This document shows, piece by piece, positions 1 through 14,255 of a stretch of 64,000 nt of DNA. The stretch's first letter is position 1. The number at the start of each line of letters is the position of its first letter. The translations under genes were made by a program, and so were the position numbers. Location of the stretch: assembly GCF_964355755.1 (NCBI RefSeq), contig NC_092680.1, forward strand, positions 10,540,001-10,604,000, read 5' to 3'. This DNA is from Antedon mediterranea (Eukaryota; Animalia; Echinodermata). Below the pieces are notes generated by a model. The model was not told where the DNA came from. It ran no database searches and saw only the letters and a list, made by a program, of their open reading frames with translations.

Positions 1-3000
1 TCTCGCTGATCTATCTCTCTCTCGCCGATCTATCTGTGTCTTGCTGATCTATCTCTCTCTCGCTGATCTATCTGTGTCTCGCTGATCTATCTCTCTCTCG
101 CTGATCTAACTCTCTCTCGCTGATCTATCTCTCTCTCTCGCTGATCTATCTGTGTCTCTCTGATCTATCTTTCTCTCGCTGATATCCATCTCTCTGTCGC
201 TTATCTATCTCTCTCTCGCTTATCTATCTCTATCTCGCTGATCTATCTCTCTCTCGCTGATCTATCTCTCTCTCGCTGATATATCTCTCTCTTGCTGATC
301 TATCTCTCTCTCGCTGATCTATCTCTCTCGCTGATCTATCTCTATCTCGCTGATCTGTCTCTCTCTCGCTGATCTATCTCTCTCTCGCTGATCTATCCCT
401 CTCTCGCTGATCTATCTCTCTCTCGCTGATCTATCTGTGTCTTGCTGATCTATCTCTCTCTTGCTGATCTATCTCTCTCTCGCTTATCTATCTCTATCTC
501 GCTGATCTATCTCTCTCTCGCTGATCTATCTCTCTCTCGCTGATATATCTCTCTCTTGCTGATCTATCTCTCTCTCGCTGATCTATCTCTCTCGCTGATC
601 TATCTCTATCTCGCTGATCTATCTCTCTCTCGCTGATCTATCTCTATCTCGCTGATCTATCTCTCTCTCGCTGGTCTATCTCTCTCTCGCTGATCTATCT
701 CTCTCTCGCTGATCTATCTCTCCCTCTCACTGATCTATCTCCCTCTCGCTGATCTATCTCTCTCGCTGATCTATCTCTTTCTCGCTCATCTATCTCTCTC
801 TCGCTGATCTATCTCTCTGTCGCTGATCTATCTCTCTCTCGCTGATCTATATCTCTCTCGCTGATCTCTCTCTCTCTCGTTGATCTATCTTTCTCTCGCT
901 CATCTATCTCTCTCTCGCTGATCTATCTCTCTGTCGCTGATCTATCTCTCTCTCGCTGATCTATATCTCTCTCGCTGATCTCTCTCTCTCTCGCTGATCT
1001 ATCTCTCTCTCGCTGATATATCTCTCTCTCGCTGATCTATCTCTCTCTCGCTGATCTATCTCTCTCTCTCTCTCGCTGATCTATCTCTCTCTCGCTGATC
1101 TATCTCTCTCTCTCTCGCTGATCTATCTCTCTCTCGCTGATCTATCTCTCTCTCGCATATCTATCTCTCTCTCGCTGATATATCTCTCTCTCGCTGATCT
1201 ATCTCTCTCTCGCTGATCTATCTCTCTCTCGCTGATCTATCGCTCTCTCGCTGATCTATCTCTCTCTCTCGCTGATCTATCTCTCTCTCGCGGATCTATC
1301 TCTCTCTTTCTCTGATCTATCTCTCTCTTGCTGATCTATCTCTCTCTCGCTGATCTATCTCTCTTTCTCGCTGATCTATCTCTCTCTCGCTGATCTATCT
1401 CTCTCTCGCTGATATATCTCTCTCTCGCTGATCTATCTCTCTCTCGCTGATCTATCTCTCTCTCGCTGATCTATCGCTCTCTCGCTGATCTATCTCTCTC
1501 TCTCGCTGATCTATCTCTCTCTCGCGGATCTATCTCTCTCTCTCTCTGATCTATCTCTCTCTCGCTGATCTATCCCTCTCTCGCTGATCTATCTCTCTCT
1601 CGCTGATCTATCCCTCTCTTGCTGATCTATCTCTCTCTCGCTGATCTATCCCTCTCTCGCTGATCTATCTCTCTCTCGCTGATCTATCTGTGTCTTGCTG
1701 ATCTATCTCTCTCTCGCTGATCTATCTGTGTCTCGCTGATCTATCTCTCTCTCGCTGATCTAACTCTCTCTCGCTGATCTATCTCTCTCTCTCGCTGATC
1801 TATCTGTGTCTCTCTGATCTATCTCTCTCTCGCTGATATCCATCTCTCTGTCGCTTATCTATCTCTCTCTCGCTTATCTATCTCTATCTCGCTGATCTAT
1901 CTCTCTCTCGCTGATCTATCTCTCTCTCGCTGATATATCTCTCTCTTGCTGATCTATCTCTCTCTCGCTGATCTATCTCTCTCGCTGATCTATCTCTATC
2001 TCGCTGATCTATCTCTCTCTCGCTGATCTATCTCTCTCTCGCTGATTTATCCCTCTCTCGCTGATATATCTCTCTCTCGCTGATCTATCTCTCTCTCGCT
2101 GATCTATCTCTCTCTCGCTGATCTATCGCTCTCTTGCTGATCTATCTCTCTCTCTCGCTGATCTATCTCTCTCTCGCGGATCTATCTCTCTCTCTCTCTC
2201 TGATCTATCTCTCTCTCGCTGATCTATCCCTCTCTCGCTGATCTATCTCTCTCTCGCTGATCTATCCCTCTCTTGCTGATCTATCTCTCTCTCGCTGATC
2301 TATCCCTCTCTCGCTGATCTATCTCTCTCTCGCTGATCTATCTGTGTCTTGCTGATCTATCTCTCTCTCGCTGATCTATCTGTGTCTTGCTGATCTATCT
2401 CTCTCTCGCTGATCTAACTCTCTCTCGCTGATCTATCTCTCTCTCTCGCTGATCTATCTGTGTCTCTCTGATCTATCTTTCTCTCGCTGATATCCATCTC
2501 TCTGTCGCTGATCTATCCCTCTCTTGCTGATCTATCTCTCTCTCGCTGACCTATCCCTCTCTCGCTGATCTATCTCTCTCTCGCTGATCTATCTGTGTCT
2601 TGCTGATCTATCTCTCTCTCGCTGATCTATCTGTGTCTCGCTGATCTATCTCTCTCTCGCTGATCTAACTCTCTCTCGCTGATCTATCTCTCTCTCTCGC
2701 TGATCTATCTGTGTCTCTCTGATCTATCTTTCTCTCGCTGATATCCATCTCTCTGTCGCTTATCTATCTCTCTCTCGCTTATCTATCTCTATCTCGCTGA
2801 TCTATCTCTCTCTCGCTGATCTATCTCTCTCTCGCTGATATATCTCTCTCTTGCTGATCTATCTCTCTCTCGCTGATCTATCTCTCTCGCTGATCTATCT
2901 CTATCTCGCTGATCTATCTCTCTCTCGCTGATCTATCTCTCTCTCGCTGATCTATCCCTCTCTCGCTGATCTATCTCTCTCTCGCTGATCTATCTGTGTC

Positions 3001-3890
3001 TTGCTGATCTATCTCTCTCTTGCTGATCTATCTCTCTCTCGCTTATCTATCTCTATCTCGCTGATCTATCTCTCTCTCGCTTATCTATCTCTCTCTCGCT
3101 GATATATCTCTCTCTTGCTGATCTATCTCTCTCTCGCTGATCTATCTCTCTCGCTGATCTATCTCTATCTCGCTGATCTATCTCTCTCTCGCTGATCTAT
3201 CTCTATCTCGCTGATCTATCTCTCTCTCGCTGATCTATCTCTCTCTCGCTGATCTATCTCTCTCTCGCTGATCTATCTCTCCCTCTCACTGATCTATCTC
3301 CCTCTCGCTGATCTATCTCTCTCGCTGATCTATCTCTTTCTCGCTCATCTATCTCTCTCTCGCTGATCTATCTCTCTGTCGCTGATCTATCTCTCTCTCG
3401 CTGATCTATATCTCTCTCGCTGATCTCTCTCTCTCTCGCTGATCTATCTTTCTCTCGCTCATCTATCTCTCTCTCGCTGATCTATCTCTCTGTCGCTGAT
3501 CTATCTCTCTCTCGCTGATCTATATCTCTCTCGCTGATCTCTCTCTCTCTCTCTCGCTGATCTATCTCTCTCTCGCTGATATATCTCTCTCTCGCTGATC
3601 TATCTCTCTCTCGCTGATCTATCTCTCTCTCTCTCTCTCGCTGATCTATCTCTCTCTCGCTGATCTATCTCTCTCTCTCGCTGATCTATCTCTCTCTCGC
3701 TGATCTATCTCTCTCTCGCTGATCTATCTCTCTCTCGCTGATATATCTCTCTCTCGCTGATCTATCTCTCTCTCGCTGATCTATCTCTCTCTCGCTGATC
3801 TATCGCTCTCTCGCTGATCTATCTCTCTCTCTCGCTGATCTATCTCTCTCTCGCGGATCTATCTCTCTCTTTCTCTGATCTATCTCTCTC
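1..3890. repeat. Direct repeat: ~1-1320 reappears at ~2560-3890 (offset ~2559 bp)
   Basis: TCCCTCTCACTGATCTATCTCCC at 721 and 3280; GATATCCATC at 181 and 2740; same order of intervening variants. Confidence 0.85.
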
Positions 3891-6695
3891 TCGCTGATCT
3901 ATCCCTCTCTCCTCGATCTATCTCTCTCTTGCTGATCTATCCCTCTCTCGCTGATCTATCTCTCTCTCGCTGATCTATCTGTGTCTTGCTGATCTATCTC
4001 TCTCTTGCTGATCTATCTGTGTCTCGCTGATCTATCTCTCTCTCGCTGATCTAACTCTCTCTCGCTGATCTATCTCTCTCTCGCTGATCTATCTGTGTCT
4101 CTCTGATCTATCTCTCTCTCGCTGATATCCATCTCTCTGTCGCTTATCTATCTCTTTCTCGCTTATCTATCTCTATCTCGCTGATCTATCTCTTTCTCGC
4201 TGATCTATCTCTCTCTCACTGATCTATCTCTCTCTCTCGCTGATCTATCTGTGTCTCGCTGATCTATCTCTCTCTCTCGCTGATCTAACTCTCTTTCGCT
4301 GATCTATCTCTCTCTCGCTGATCTATCTGTGTCTCGCTGATCTATCTCTCTCTCGCTGATCTATCTGTGTCTCGCTGATCTATCTCCCTCTCGCTGATCT
4401 ATCTCTCTCTCACTGATCTATCTCTCTCTCGCTGATCTATCTGTGTCTCGCTGATATATCTCTCTCTCGCTGATCTATCTCTCTCTCGCTGATCTATCTC
4501 TCTCGCTGATCTATCTCTCTCGCTTATCTATCTCTCTGTCGCTGATCTATCTCTCTCTCGCTGATCTATATCTCTCTCGCTGATCTATCTCTCTCTCTGT
4601 CGCTGATCTATCTCTCTCTCGCTGATCAATCTCTCTGTCGTTGATCTATCTCTCTCTCGCTGATCTGTCTCTCTGTCGCTGATCTATCTCTCTCTCGCTA
4701 ATCTATCTCTCTGTCGCTGATCTATCCCTCTCTCGCTTATCTATCTCTTTCTCGCTGATCTATCTCTCTCTCGCTGATCTATCTCTTTCTCGCTGAACTA
4801 TCTCTCTCTCGCTGATATATCTCTCTCTTGCTGATCTATCTCTCTCTCGCTGATCTATCTCTCTCGCTGATCTATCTCTATCTCGCTGATCTATCTCTCT
4901 CTCGCTGATCTATCTCTATCTCGCTGATCTATCTCTCTCTCGCTGATCTATCTCTCTCTCTCTGATCTATCTCTCTCTCGCTGATCTATCTCTCTCTCGC
5001 TGATCTATCTCTCTCTCTCTCTCGCTGATCTATCTCTCTCTCGCTGATCTATCCCTCTCTCGCTGATCTATCTCTCTCTCGCTGATCTATCTCTCTCTTG
5101 CTGATATATCTCTCTCTCGCTGATCTATCTCTCTCTCGCTGATCTATATCTCTCGCTGATCTATCGCTCTCTCGCTGATCTATCTCTCTCTCGCGGATCT
5201 ATCTCTCTCTCTCTCTGATCTATCTCTCTCTCGCTGATCTATCCCTCTCTCGCTGATCTATATCTCTCTCGCTGATCTATCCCTCTCTCCTCGATCTATC
5301 TCTCTCTCGCTGATCTATCCCTCTCTCGCTGATCTATCTCTCTCTCGCTGATCTATCTGTGTCTTGCTGATCTATCTCTCTCTTGCTGATCTAACTCTCT
5401 CTCGCTGATCTATCTCTCTCTCGCTGATCTATCTGTGTCTCTCTGATCTATCTCTCTTTCGCTGATATCCATCTCTCTGTCGCTTTTCTATCTCTCTCTC
5501 GCTTATCTATCTCTCTCTCGCTGATCTATCTCTCTCTCGCTGATCTATCTCTCTCTCGCTGATATATCTCTTTCTTGCTGATCTATCTCTCTCTCGCTGA
5601 TCTATCCCTCTCGCTGATCTATCTCTATCTCGCTGATCTATCTCTATCTCGCTGATCTATCTCTTTCTCGCTGATCTATCTTTCTCTCACTGATCTATCT
5701 CTCTCTCGCTGATCTATCTGTGTCTCGCTGATCTATCTCTCTCTCTCTCGCTGATCTAACTCTCTTTCGCTGATCTATCTCTCTCTCGCTGATCTATCTG
5801 TGTCTCGCTGATCTATCTCTCTCTCGCTGATCTATCTGTGTCTCGCTGATCTATCTCCCTCTCGCTGATCTATCTCTCTCTCGCTGATCTATCTCTCTCT
5901 CGCTGATCTATCTGTGTCTCGCTGATATATATCTCTCTCTCTCGCTGATCTATCTCTCTCTCGCTGATCTATCTCTCTCGCTGATCTATCTCTCTCTCGC
6001 TCATCTATCTCTCTCTCGCTGATCTATCTCTCTGTCGCTGATCTATCTCTCTCTCGCTGATCTATATCTCTCTCGCTGATCTATCTCTCTCTCTCGCTGA
6101 TCTATCTCTCTCTCGCTGATCTATCTATCTCTCTGTCGCTGATCTATCTCTCCCCCGCTGATCAATCTCTCTGTCGTTGATCTATCTCTCTCTCGCTGAT
6201 CTGTCTCTCTGTCGCTGATCTATCTCTTTCTCGCTGATCTATCTCTTTCTCGCTAATCTATCTCTCTGTCGCTGATCTATCTCTTTCTCGCTTATCTATC
6301 TCTTTCTCGCTGATCTATCTCTCTCTCGCTGATCTATCTCTTTCTCGCTGATCTATCTCTCTCTCGCTGATATATCTCTCTCTCGCTGATCTATCTCTCT
6401 CTCGCTGATCTATCTCCTTCTCTCGCTGATCTATCTCTATCTCGCTGATCTATCTCTCTCTCGCTGATCTATCTCTATCTCGCTGATCTATCTCTCTCTC
6501 GCTGATCTATCTCTCTCTCTCTGATCTATCTCTCTCTCGCTGATCTATCTCTCTCTCGCTGATCTATCTCTCTCTCACTGATCTATCTCTCTCTCGCTGA
6601 TCTATCTCTCTCTCGCTGATCTATCTCTCTCTAGCTGATTTATCTCCCTCTCGCTGATCTATCTCTCTCTCGCTGATCTATCTCTCTCTTGCTGA

Positions 6696-6740
<45 letters not shown>

Positions 6741-9700
6741 TCTATCTCTCTCTCACTGATCTATCTCTCTCTCGTTGATCTATCTCTCTCTCTCGCTGAT
6801 CTATCTCTCTCTCGCTGATCTCTCTCTCTCTCTCTCGCTGATCTATCTCTCCCGCTGATCTATCTCTCTCACGCTGATCTATCTCTCTCTCGCTGATCTA
6901 TCTCTCTCTCTCTCTCTCGCTGATCTATCTCTCTCTCGCTGATCTATCTCTCTTTCTCGCTGATCTATCTCTCTCTCGCTGATCTATCTCTCTCTCGCTG
7001 ATCTATCTCTCTCTCGCTGATATATCTCTCTCTCGCTGATCTATCTCTCTCTCGCTGATCTATCTCTCTCTCTCGCTGATCTATCTCTCTCTCGCTGATC
7101 TCTCTCTCTCTCTCTCGCTGATCTATCTCTCCCGCTGATCTATCTCTCTCACGCTGATCTATCTCTCTCTCGCTGATCTATCTCTCTCTCTCTCTCGCTG
7201 ATCTATCGCTCTCTCGCTGATCTATCTCTCTCTCTCGCTGATCTATCTCTCTCTCGCGGATCTATCTCTCTCTCTCTCTGATCTATCTCTCTCTCGCTGA
7301 TCTATCCCTCTCTCGCTGATCTATCTCTCTCTCGCTGATCTATCCCTCTCTTGCTGATCTATCTCTCTCTCGCTGATCTATCCCTCTCTCGCTGATCTAT
7401 CTCTCTCTCGCTGATCTATCTGTGTCTTGCTGATCTATCTCTCTCTCGCTGATCTATCTGTGTCTCGCTGATCTATCTCTCTCTCGCTGATCTAACTCTC
7501 TCTCGCTGATCTATCTCTCTCTCTCGCTGATCTATCTGTGTCTCTCTGATCTATCTCTCTCTCGCTGATATCCATCTCTCTGTCGCTTATCTATCTCTCT
7601 CTCGCTTATCTATCTCTATCTCGCTGATCTATCTCTCTCTCGCTGATCTATCTCTCTCTCGCTAATATATCTCTCTCTTGCTGATCTATCTCTCTCTCGC
7701 TGATCTATCTCTCTCGCTGATATATCTCTATCTCGCTGATCTATCTCTCTCTCGCTGATCTATCTCTCTCTCGCTGATTTATCCCTCTCTCGCTGATATA
7801 TCTCTCTCTCGCTGATCTATCTCTCTCTCGCTGATCTATCTCTCTCTCTCGCTGATCTATCGCTCTCTTGCTGATCTATCTCTCTCTCTCGCTGATCTAT
7901 CTCTCTCTCGCGGATCTATCTCTCTCTCTCTCTCTGATCTATCTCTCTCTCGCTGATCTATCCCTCTCTCGCTGATCTATCTCTCTCTCGCTGATCTATC
8001 CCTCTCTTGCTGATCTATCTCTCTCTCGCTGATCTATCCCTCTCTCGCTGATCTATCTCTCTCTCGCTGATCTATCTGTGTCTTGCTGATCTATCTCTCT
8101 CTCGCTGATCTATCTGTGTCTCGCTGATCTATCTCTCTCTCGCTGATCTAACTCTCTCTCGCTGATCTATCTCTCTCTCTCGCTGATCTATCTGTGTCTC
8201 TCTGATCTATCTTTCTCTCGCTGATATCCATCTCTCTGTCGCTTATCTATCTCTCTCTCGCTTATCTATCTCTATCTCGCTGATCTATCTCTCTCTCGCT
8301 GATCTATCTCTCTCTCGCTTATCTATCTCTATCTCGCTGATCTATCTCTCTCTCGCTGATCTATCTCTCTCTCGCTGATCTATCCCTCTCTCGCTGATCT
8401 ATCTCTCTCTCGCTGATCTATCTCTCTCGCTGATCTATCTCTATCTCGCTGATCTATCTCTCTCTCGCTGATCTATCTCTCTCTCGCTGATCTATCCCTC
8501 TCTCGCTGATCTATCTCTCTCTCGCTGATCTATCTGTGTCTTGCTGATCTATCTCTCTCTTGCTGATCTATCTCTCTCTCGCTTATCTATCTCTATCTCG
8601 CTGATCTATCTCTCTCTCGCTGATCTATCTCTCTCTCGCTGATATATCTCTCTCTCGCTGATCTATCTCTCTCGCTGATCTATCTCTATCTCGCTGATCT
8701 ATCTCTCTCTCGCTGATCTATCTCTATCTCGCTGATCTATCTCTCTCTCGCTGATCTATCTCTCTCTCGCTGATCTATCTCTCTCTCGCTGATCTATCTC
8801 TCCCTCTCACTGATCTATCTCCCTCTCGCTGATCTATCTCTCTCGCTGATCTATCTCTTTCTCGCTCATCTATCTCTCTCTCGCTGATCTATCTCTCTGT
8901 CGCTGATCTATCTCTCTCTCGCTGATCTATATCTCTCTCGCTGATCTCTCTCTCTCTCTCGCTGATCTATCTTTCTCTCGCTCATCTATCTCTCTCTCGC
9001 TGATCTATCTCTCTGTCGCTGATCTATCTCTCTCTCGCTGATCTATATCTCTCTCGCTGATCTCTCTCTCTCTCGCTGATCTATCTCTCTCTCGCTGATA
9101 TATCTCTCTCTCGCTGATCTATCTCACTCTCGCTGATCTATCTCTCTCTCTCTCTCGCTGATCTATCTCTCTCTCGCTGATCTATCTCTCTCTCGCGGAT
9201 CTATCACTCTCTCTCTCTGATCTATCTCTCTCTCGCTGATCTATCTCTCTCTCGCTGATATATCTCTCTCTCGCTGATCTATCTCTCTCTCGCTGATCTA
9301 TCTCTCTCTCGCTGATCTATCGCTCTCTCGCTGATCTATCTCTCTCCCTCGCTGATCTATCTCTCTCTCGCGGATCTATCTCTCTCTTTCTCTGATCTAT
9401 CTCTCTCTCGCTGATCTATCCCTCTCTCCTCGATCTATCTCTCTCTTGCTGATCTATCCCTCTCTCGCTGATCTATCTCTCTCTCGCTGATCTATCTGTG
9501 TCTTGCTGATCTATCTCTCTCTTGCTGATCTATCTGTGTCTCGCTGATCTATCTCTCTCTCGCTGATCTAGCTCTCTCTCGCTGATCTATCTCTCTCTCG
9601 CTGATCTATCTGTGTCTCTCTGATCTATCTCTCTCTCGCTGATATCCATCTCTCTGTCGCTTATCTATCTCTCTCTCGCTTATCTATCTCTATCTCGCTG

Positions 9701-10520
9701 ATCTATCTCTTTCTCGCTGATCTATCTCTCTCTCACTGATCTATCTCTCTCTCTCGCTGATCTATCTGTGTCTCGCTGATCTATCTCTCTCTCTCGCTGA
9801 TCTAACTCTCTTTCGCTGATCTATCTCTCTCTCGCTGATCTATCTGTGTCTCGCTGATCTATCTCTCTCTCGCTGATCTATCTGTGTCTCGCTGATCTAT
9901 CTCCCTCTCGCTGATCTATCTCTCTCTCGCTGATCTATCTCTCTCTCGCTGATCTATCTGTGTCTCGCTGATATATCTCTCTCTCGCTGATCTATCTCTC
10001 TCTCGCTGATCTATCTCTCTCGCTGATCTATCTCTCTCGCTCATCTATCTCTCTCTCGCTCATCTATCTCTCTGTCGCTGATCTATCTCTCTCTCGCTGA
10101 TCTATATCTCTCTCGCTGATCTATCTCTCTCTCTGTCGCTGATCTATCTCTCTCTCGCTGATCAATCTCTCTGTCGTTGATCTATCTCTCTCTCGCTGAT
10201 CTGTCTCTCTGTCGCTGATCTATCTCTCTCTCGCTAATCTATCTCTCTGTCACTGATCTATCTCTCTCTCGCTTATCTATCTCTTTCTCGCTGATCTATC
10301 TCTCTCTCGCTGATCTATCTCTTTCTCGCTGAACTATCTCTTTCTCGCTGATATATCTCTCTCTTGCTGATCTATCTCTCTCTCGCTGATCTATCTCTCT
10401 CGCTGATCTATCTCTATCTCGCTGATCTATCTCTCTCTCGCTGATCTATCTCTATCTCGCTGATCTATCTCTCTCTCGCTGATCTATCTCTCTCTCTCTG
10501 ATCTATCTCTCTCTCGCTGA
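1400..10520. repeat. Older, more diverged ~5.5-5.7 kb higher-order period in the left (A-type) domain
   Basis: GATTTATCCCT at 2044 and 7786 (offset 5742); TCCCTCTCAC at 3280 and 8801 (5521); GAACTA at 4795 and 10331 (5536). Confidence 0.75.
6700..6735 (+). repeat. (TC)18 microsatellite expansion inside one monomer
   Basis: Direct count of the uninterrupted TC run. Confidence 0.9.
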
Positions 10521-10587
10521 TCTATCTCTCTCTCTCGCTGATCTATCTCTCTCTCACTGATCTATCTCTCTCTCGCTGATCTATCTC

Positions 10588-11955
10588 TCTCTAGCTGATT
10601 TATCTCCCTCTCGCTGATCTATCTCTCTCTCGCTGATCTATCTCTCTCTTGCTGATCTATCTCTCTCTCTCTCTTTTGCTGATCTATCTCTCTCTCGCTG
10701 ATCTATCTCTCTCTCGTTGATCTATCTCTCTCTCGCTGATCTATCTCTCTCTCGCTGATCTCTCTCTCTCTCTCTCTCTCGCTGATCTATCTCTCTCTCG
10801 CTGATCTATCTCTCTCACGCTGATCTATCTCTCTCTCGCTGATCTATCTCTCTCTCTCTCTCTCTCGCTGATCTATCTCTCTCTCGCTGATCTATCTCTC
10901 TTTCTCGCTGATCTATCTCTCTCTCGCTGATCTATCTCTCTCTCGCTGATCTATCTCTCTCTCCCTGATATATCTCTCTCTCGCTGATCTATCTCTCTCT
11001 CGCTGATCTATCTCTCTCTCGCTGATCTATCGCTCTCTCGCTGATCTATCTCTCTCTCTCGCTGATCTATCTCTCTCTTGCTGATCTATCTCTCTCTCTC
11101 GCTGTTCTATCTCTCTCTCGCTGATCTATCTCTCTCGCTGATCTATCTGTGTCTCGCTGATCTATCTCTCTCTCGCAGATATATCTGTGTCTCGCTGATC
11201 TATCTCTCTCTCGCTGATCTAACTCTCTCTCGCTGATCTATCTCTCTCTCGCTGATATATATGTGTCTCGCTGATCTATCTCTCTCTCGCTGATCTATCT
11301 GTGTCTCGCTGGTCGATCTCCCTCTCGCTGATCTATCTCTCCCTCGCTGATCTATCTGTGTCTCGCTGATCTATCTCTCTCTCGCTGATCTATCTCTCTC
11401 TCGCTGATCTATCTCTCTCTCGCTGATCTACCTCTCCCTCTCACTGATCTATCTCCCTATCGCTGATCTATCTCTCTCTCGCTGATCTATCTCTCTCTTG
11501 CTGATCTATCTCTCTCTTGCTGATCTATCTCTCTCTCTCTCGCTGATCTATCTCTCTCGCTGATCTATCTCTCTCTCTCTCGCTGATCTATCTCTCTCTC
11601 TCACGCTGATCTATCTCTCTCTCGCTGATCTATCTCTCTCTCGCTGATATATCTCTCTCTTGCTGATCTATCTCTCTCTCGCTGATCTATCTCTCTCTCG
11701 CTGATCTGTCTCTATCTCGCTGATCTATCTCTCTCTCGCTGATCTATCTCTATCTCGCTGATATATCTCTCTCTCGCTGATCTATCTCTCTCTCTCTCTC
11801 TGATCTATCTCTCTCTCGCTGATCTATCTCTCTCTCTCACTGATCTATCTCTCTCTCGCTGATCTATCTCTCTCTCGCTGATCTATCTCTCTCTAGCTGA
11901 TTTATCTCCCTCTCGCTAATCTATCTCTCTCTCGCTGATCTATCTCTCTCTTGCT

Positions 11956-11991
<36 letters not shown>

Positions 11992-13925
11992 TCGCTGATC
12001 TATCTCTCTCTCGCTGATCTATCTCTCTCTCGTTGATCTATCTCTCTCTCTCGCTGATCTATCTCTCTCTCGCTGATCTCTCTCTCTCTCTCGCTGATCT
12101 ATCTCTCTCTCGCTGATCTATCTCTCTCACGCTGATCTATCTCTCTCTCGCTGATCTATCTCTCTCTCTCTCTCGCTGATCTATCTCTCTCTCGCTGATC
12201 TATCTCTCTTTCTCGCTGATCTATCTCTCTCTCGCTGATCTATCTCTCTCTCGCTGATCTATCTCTCTCTCGCTGATATATCTCTCTCTAGCTGATTTAT
12301 CTCCCTCTCGCTGATCTATCTCTCTCTCGCTGATCTATCTCTCTCTTGCTGATCTATCTCTCTCTCTCTCTTTTGCTGATCTATCTCTCTCTCGCTGATC
12401 TATCTCTCTCTCGTTGATCTATCTCTCTCTCGCTGATCTATCTCTCTCTCGCTGATCTCTCTCTCTCTCTCTCTCTCGCTGATCTATCTCTCTCTCGCTG
12501 ATCTATCTCTCTCACGCTGATCTATCTCTCTCTCGCTGATCTATCTCTCTCTCTCTCTCTCTCGCTGATCTATCTCTCTCTCGCTGATCTATCTCTCTCT
12601 CGCTGATCTATCTCTCTCTTGCTGATCTATCTCTCTCTCTCTCTTTTGCTGATCTATCTCTCTCTCGCTGATCTATCTCTCTCTCGTTGATCTATCTCTC
12701 TCTCGCTGATCTATCTCTCTCTCGCTGATCTCTCTCTCTCTCTCTCTCTCGCTGATCTATCTCTCTCTCGCTGATCTATCTCTCTCACGCTGATCTATCT
12801 CTCTCTCGCTGATCTATCTCTCTCTCTCTCTCTCTCGCTGATCTATCTCTCTCTCGCTGATCTATCTCTCTTTCTCGCTGATCTATCTCTCTCTCGCTGA
12901 TCTATCTCTCTCTCGCTGATCTATCTCTCTCTCCCTGATATATCTCTCTCTCGCTGATCTATCTCTCTCTCGCTGATCTATCTCTCTCTCGCTGATCTAT
13001 CGCTCTCTCGCTGATCTATCTCTCTCTCTCGCTGATCTATCTCTCTCTTGCTGATCTATCTCTCTCTCTCGCTGTTCTATCTCTCTCTCGCTGATCTATC
13101 TCTCTCGCTGATCTATCTGTGTCTCGCTGATCTATCTCTCTCTCGCAGATATATCTGTGTCTCGCTGATCTATCTCTCTCTCGCTGATCTAACTCTCTCT
13201 CGCTGATCTATCTCTCTCTCGCTGATATATATGTGTCTCGCTGATCTATCTCTCTCTCGCTGATCTATCTGTGTCTCGCTGGTCGATCTCCCTCTCGCTG
13301 ATCTATCTCTCCCTCGCTGATCTATCTGTGTCTCGCTGATCTATCTCTCTCTCGCTGATCTATCTCTCTCTCGCTGATCTATCTCTCTCTCGCTGATCTA
13401 CCTCTCCCTCTCACTGATCTATCTCCCTATCGCTGATCTATCTCTCTCTCGCTGATCTATCTCTCTCTTGCTGATCTATCTCTCTCTTGCTGATCTATCT
13501 CTCTCTCTCTCGCTGATCTATCTCTCTCGCTGATCTATCTCTCTCTCTCTCGCTGATCTATCTCTCTCTCTCACGCTGATCTATCTCTCTCTCGCTGATC
13601 TATCTCTCTCTCGCTGATATATCTCTCTCTTGCTGATCTATCTCTCTCTCGCTGATCTATCTCTCTCTCGCTGATCTGTCTCTATCTCGCTGATCTATCT
13701 CTCTCTCGCTGATCTATCTCTATCTCGCTGATATATCTCTCTCTCGCTGATCTATCTCTCTCTCTCTCTCTGATCTATCTCTCTCTCGCTGATCTATCTC
13801 TCTCTCTCACTGATCTATCTCTCTCTCGCTGATCTATCTCTCTCTCGCTGATCTATCTCTCTCTAGCTGATTTATCTCCCTCTCGCTAATCTATCTCTCT
13901 CTCGCTGATCTATCTCTCTCTTGCT

Positions 13926-13961
<36 letters not shown>

Positions 13962-14255
13962 TCGCTGATCTATCTCTCTCTCGCTGATCTATCTCTCTCT
14001 CGTTGATCTATCTCTCTCTCTCGCTGATCTATCTCTCTCTCGCTGATCTCTCTCTCTCTCTCGCTGATCTATCTCTCTCTCGCTGATCTATCTCTCTCAC
14101 GCTGATCTATCTCTCTCTCGCTGATCTATCTCTCTCTCTCTCTCGCTGATCTATCTCTCTCTCGCTGATCTATCTCTCTTTCTCGCTGATCTATCTCTCT
14201 CTCGCTGATCTATCTCTCTCTCGCTGATCTATCTCTCTCTCGCTGATATATCTCT
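10588..14255. repeat. Tandem duplication of ~1697 bp with a nested ~273-bp duplication in the second copy (net offset 1970 bp)
   Basis: TTTTGCTG at 10674, 12371 and 12644; GGTCGATC at 11311 and 13281; GCTGTTCTAT at 11101 and 13071. Confidence 0.9.

Noticed and set aside
6404-6424. Singleton odd monomers (TATCTCCTTCTCTC here; also GCCGATC at 24, GATGATC at 59711, a 20-mer near 49510)
   Set aside because: These are single occurrences absent from paralogs and cannot be distinguished from consensus errors or private mutations.
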